IMG/VR virus record: IMGVR_UViG_3300032253_000001
Location: 1 to 46,750 of that record
Length of the DNA stretch: 46,750 bases
Source: a virus
Taxonomy: Duplodnaviria > Caudoviricetes
Strand: one strand, 5' to 3'
In this document: piece after piece, positions 44,332 to 46,750 of the stretch
Numbering within the stretch: position 1 is the stretch's first letter
Layout of the letters: each line of letters begins with the position of its first letter
Notes under the pieces: generated by a model
Database searches by the model: none
The model's input: the letters and a program-made list of their open reading frames with translations, nothing else
Told to the model about the DNA's origin: nothing
Made by a program: the position numbers and the translations under genes

Positions 44332-45645
44332 ATGACCGACACACAGTACACCCCCACCGCCCACTCGAACGTCGTCGGCGGCAGCTCCGCCGCCCGCGTT
44401 CTCGCCTGCCCCGCCAGCGTCAAACTGATCCAGACCATGCCCCCGCAGGCGGAGAGCAGCTACGCCGCCGAGGGCACGGCCCTGCACAACGCCATCGAGC
44501 ACTGCCTCTATGAGGGGTTGGAGCTGGAGGGGGTGCAGGAGCTGGCTGGCGAGGAGTTCTACGGCATCAAGCTGACAGCTGACATGGTCGAGGGCGGCCT
44601 CGTGCCCGCGTGGCAGATGTTCTGGGACTACGTGGACAGGATCGAGGCCGAGGATGAGAGCGAGTTCATCTTCGCCGTCGAGCAGTCGGTCCACTTCCCC
44701 GGCATCGGGGATGCCTTCGGCACCGCAGATATCATCGGCCACACGAGCAAGCGCTCCGTAGTCTGGGACTGGAAGTTTGGCAAGGGCGTCGTCGTCTCGG
44801 CGAAGGAGAACAAGCAGCAGATGTACTACGCCTGCGGCAGTTCCAACACGGCGCAGGCGCCCTTTCTGCCCAAGTCTATCGGCGAGTGGGAGAACGCCCC
44901 CGACGACTGGGCCGTGGACCTGATCATCGCCCAACCCTTTATCCACGAGGAGCCCTCCGTCTGGACGACGAACCCCGTGCAGCTGGAGGACTTCGAAATC
45001 AAGTTGCAGGGGGCCGTGACGGAGGCTCTGGAGGCGGAGGATCCCCGCGTGGCACGCGGCGATCACTGCCGCTGGTGCACGGCCTCCCCCATCTGCCCCA
45101 TGTACCGGCAGGTGGGCGAACGGCTGGCGGCGCTGGTGAACGGCGAGCGCGAGCCGGGCACTGTTCAGGAGGTGGCGGAAGCCGACATGACGGAGGTGGA
45201 GGGCCCCGAGCCGGAGGTTCTCGCCAAGGCTATCACCCCTGATCTGCTCGCCGAGTGGCTGCTCAAGGCCGATATCGTGGAGCTGTGGGCGAATAGCGTG
45301 CGCGGGCTGGCCATGAGCGAGGCGGAGGCGGGCCGACCGCCCGCAGGCCTGAAGCTGGTGGAGAAGGTCGGCAACCTCGCCTATACCTCCCCCGCTACGG
45401 CAGACAAGATGCTGGGCAACAAGGGTCTCACCGCCGTCGAGCGTCGCAAAATCGCCCCGATCACTCCCACGCAGGCGAATGCCCTGCTGAAGAAGAAGGG
45501 CAAGAAGCTGCTGACGGACAGGCAGGCCCTGCGCCCGAAGACAGGCGTGGTGCTCGCGCCGCTGGACGACAAGCGTCCTGCGGTGAAGACTGTGGCCGAC
45601 AAGGCGGCAGCCGTAGCAGAGAAACTGTTGCACGAGCCCGACTAA
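44332..45645 (+). CDS. DUF2800 / Cas4-like PD-(D/E)xK exonuclease
   Basis: GGSSAAR..ACPAS, AAEGTALH, FGTADII, DWKFGKG, N.Q..YY, GDHCRWC....C. Confidence 0.88.
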   Translation: MTDTQYTPTAHSNVVGGSSAARVLACPASVKLIQTMPPQAESSYAAEGTALHNAIEHCLYEGLELEGVQELAGEEFYGIKLTADMVEGGLVPAWQMFWDYVDRIEAEDESEFIFAVEQSVHFPGIGDAFGTADIIGHTSKRSVVWDWKFGKGVVVSAKENKQQMYYACGSSNTAQAPFLPKSIGEWENAPDDWAVDLIIAQPFIHEEPSVWTTNPVQLEDFEIKLQGAVTEALEAEDPRVARGDHCRWCTASPICPMYRQVGERLAALVNGEREPGTVQEVAEADMTEVEGPEPEVLAKAITPDLLAEWLLKADIVELWANSVRGLAMSEAEAGRPPAGLKLVEKVGNLAYTSPATADKMLGNKGLTAVERRKIAPITPTQANALLKKKGKKLLTDRQALRPKTGVVLAPLDDKRPAVKTVADKAAAVAEKLLHEPD

Positions 45646-45733
45646 AATCAGGCTCGCGCGTTTTGGGTCGCGCGGGGCGGCCTGCATGCAACGGACCCCG
45701 CACATAGCAACCGACAACAATGGACAATGACCA

Positions 45734-46576
45734 ATGACTGGAACAAACGTAGCGGCGGCAGCCGCAGCTGGCGATCTCGCCACCCTTCAGGGCCTGAAGC
45801 AGGCCGTGACCAAGACCCGCAGTGAGGTGCCCGACGTGGGCACCAAGCCCTTTCTCAAGCTGGAGAAGACCGGCAACTGGGTCTACGGGCAACAGGGCGT
45901 CGTCGTGGAGGACGGCAGCCTCTGGGCGATCAACCCCCTCTCCTTCATGCACGGCTATGTCTGCTGGACGGACTACCCTAAGGAGGCCAAGCAGAAGAAC
46001 AAGAACCTCGGCAAGGTCGTGGTGGGTCTGGGCAAGGACAAACCCCTGCCGGAGAACCTCGCCGAGTACATCGACCCCGACGGCTGGAATAACGGCCAGC
46101 CGTGGGAATGGACCACGTGTATCAGCGTCGAGCTGATGTGCGTATCGGGCGAGGACGAGGGTACAGTGGTCGTATACGATACCAACAGCGTCTCCGGCGT
46201 GCGCATGCTGAGCGCCTACCTCGACAAGCTCATGGCGCAGCTGGACAATCCCAACCCCAAGCCCGTGGCCGTGGTCACCTTCGGGAAGGACAGCTACGAT
46301 CACCCGCAATGGGGCGTAACTGTGGTGCCCGAATGGTCGTATGAGGACTGGCGGGCGCTCGACGACGCCACCCCCGTGGCTGCGGATCCCGAGCCGCAGG
46401 GCGAGGCCCCCAAGCCTCAGGCTGAGCCCGAGACGACCGAGGCGGAACCCACCCGCCGTCGCCGTCGCGGGGCAGCGGATCAGGCGGCGGAGGCTCCTGC
46501 AGAGGCGTCCTCCGGCGCACCGGAGGAGGGACGCGCGCCGCAACCGACCCGGCGTCGGCGTCGTCCCGCCGCCTGA
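45734..46576 (+). CDS. single-stranded DNA-binding protein (probable)
   Basis: Lies between exonuclease and pol; FLKL...G.W.YG, INP.SF.HGY..W, YDHPQWG...P; acidic/Arg-rich tail. Confidence 0.65.
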   Translation: MTGTNVAAAAAAGDLATLQGLKQAVTKTRSEVPDVGTKPFLKLEKTGNWVYGQQGVVVEDGSLWAINPLSFMHGYVCWTDYPKEAKQKNKNLGKVVVGLGKDKPLPENLAEYIDPDGWNNGQPWEWTTCISVELMCVSGEDEGTVVVYDTNSVSGVRMLSAYLDKLMAQLDNPNPKPVAVVTFGKDSYDHPQWGVTVVPEWSYEDWRALDDATPVAADPEPQGEAPKPQAEPETTEAEPTRRRRRGAADQAAEAPAEASSGAPEEGRAPQPTRRRRRPAA

Positions 46577-46623
46577 TACGGCGTGCGCTGATGCGCGTCC
46601 TCGGGCCGCCCCCTCGGGGGCGG

Positions 46624-46750
46624 CCCACTCCTCTGGCTGACACGGAGACAGGCATGATAACCGACATCGAGCAGCAGCTCTGCTTTATCGACAGCGAGAC
46701 GCGCCGGATCCCCGACGCCACCATCGACGACGTCACCAAGGTCGGTGGCT
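46624..46750. repeat. terminal copy of bases 1-127
   Basis: Exact match to the window start. Confidence 0.93.

Noticed and set aside
44332-45645. CRISPR-associated Cas4
   Set aside because: The context (SSB, PolA) fits the common phage DUF2800 exonuclease, and there is no array.
46624-46750. Biological direct terminal repeat
   Set aside because: It is exactly 127 bp and cuts inside a gene, so an assembler k-mer overlap of a circular contig explains it better.

Overview
The window looks like a complete, GC-rich tailed dsDNA phage genome of about 46.6 kb. Bases 1-127 recur exactly at 46624-46750, most likely a circular assembly overlap. The virion module is podovirus-like: TerS/TerL, T7-type portal, scaffold, capsid, tail tubular A/B, three internal/ejection proteins (one a 2875-aa polyvalent protein), tail fibre genes and a holin/endolysin/spanin cassette. 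The host is probably an alphaproteobacterium (inferred from apparent GANTC scarcity and an rrn-type boxA). I recognised no integrase. Three observations stand out. (1) The family A DNA polymerase is split into two intact genes on opposite strands, in different divergent operons about 5.4 kb apart (31-1248 + and 39385-41220 -). (2) The C-terminal polymerase half carries an intein whose HNH endonuclease is not in the intein frame. It is a nested +1-frame gene with its own Shine-Dalgarno site. (3) Five genes of the putative early operon are each preceded by a covarying double-hairpin leader, downstream of a promoter and boxA. Also present: a Mom-like adenine-modifying gene, a DUF5664-like dNTP pyrophosphohydrolase and a ~130-bp palindrome next to the primase. 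All family assignments are by-eye motif recognition, not database searches.
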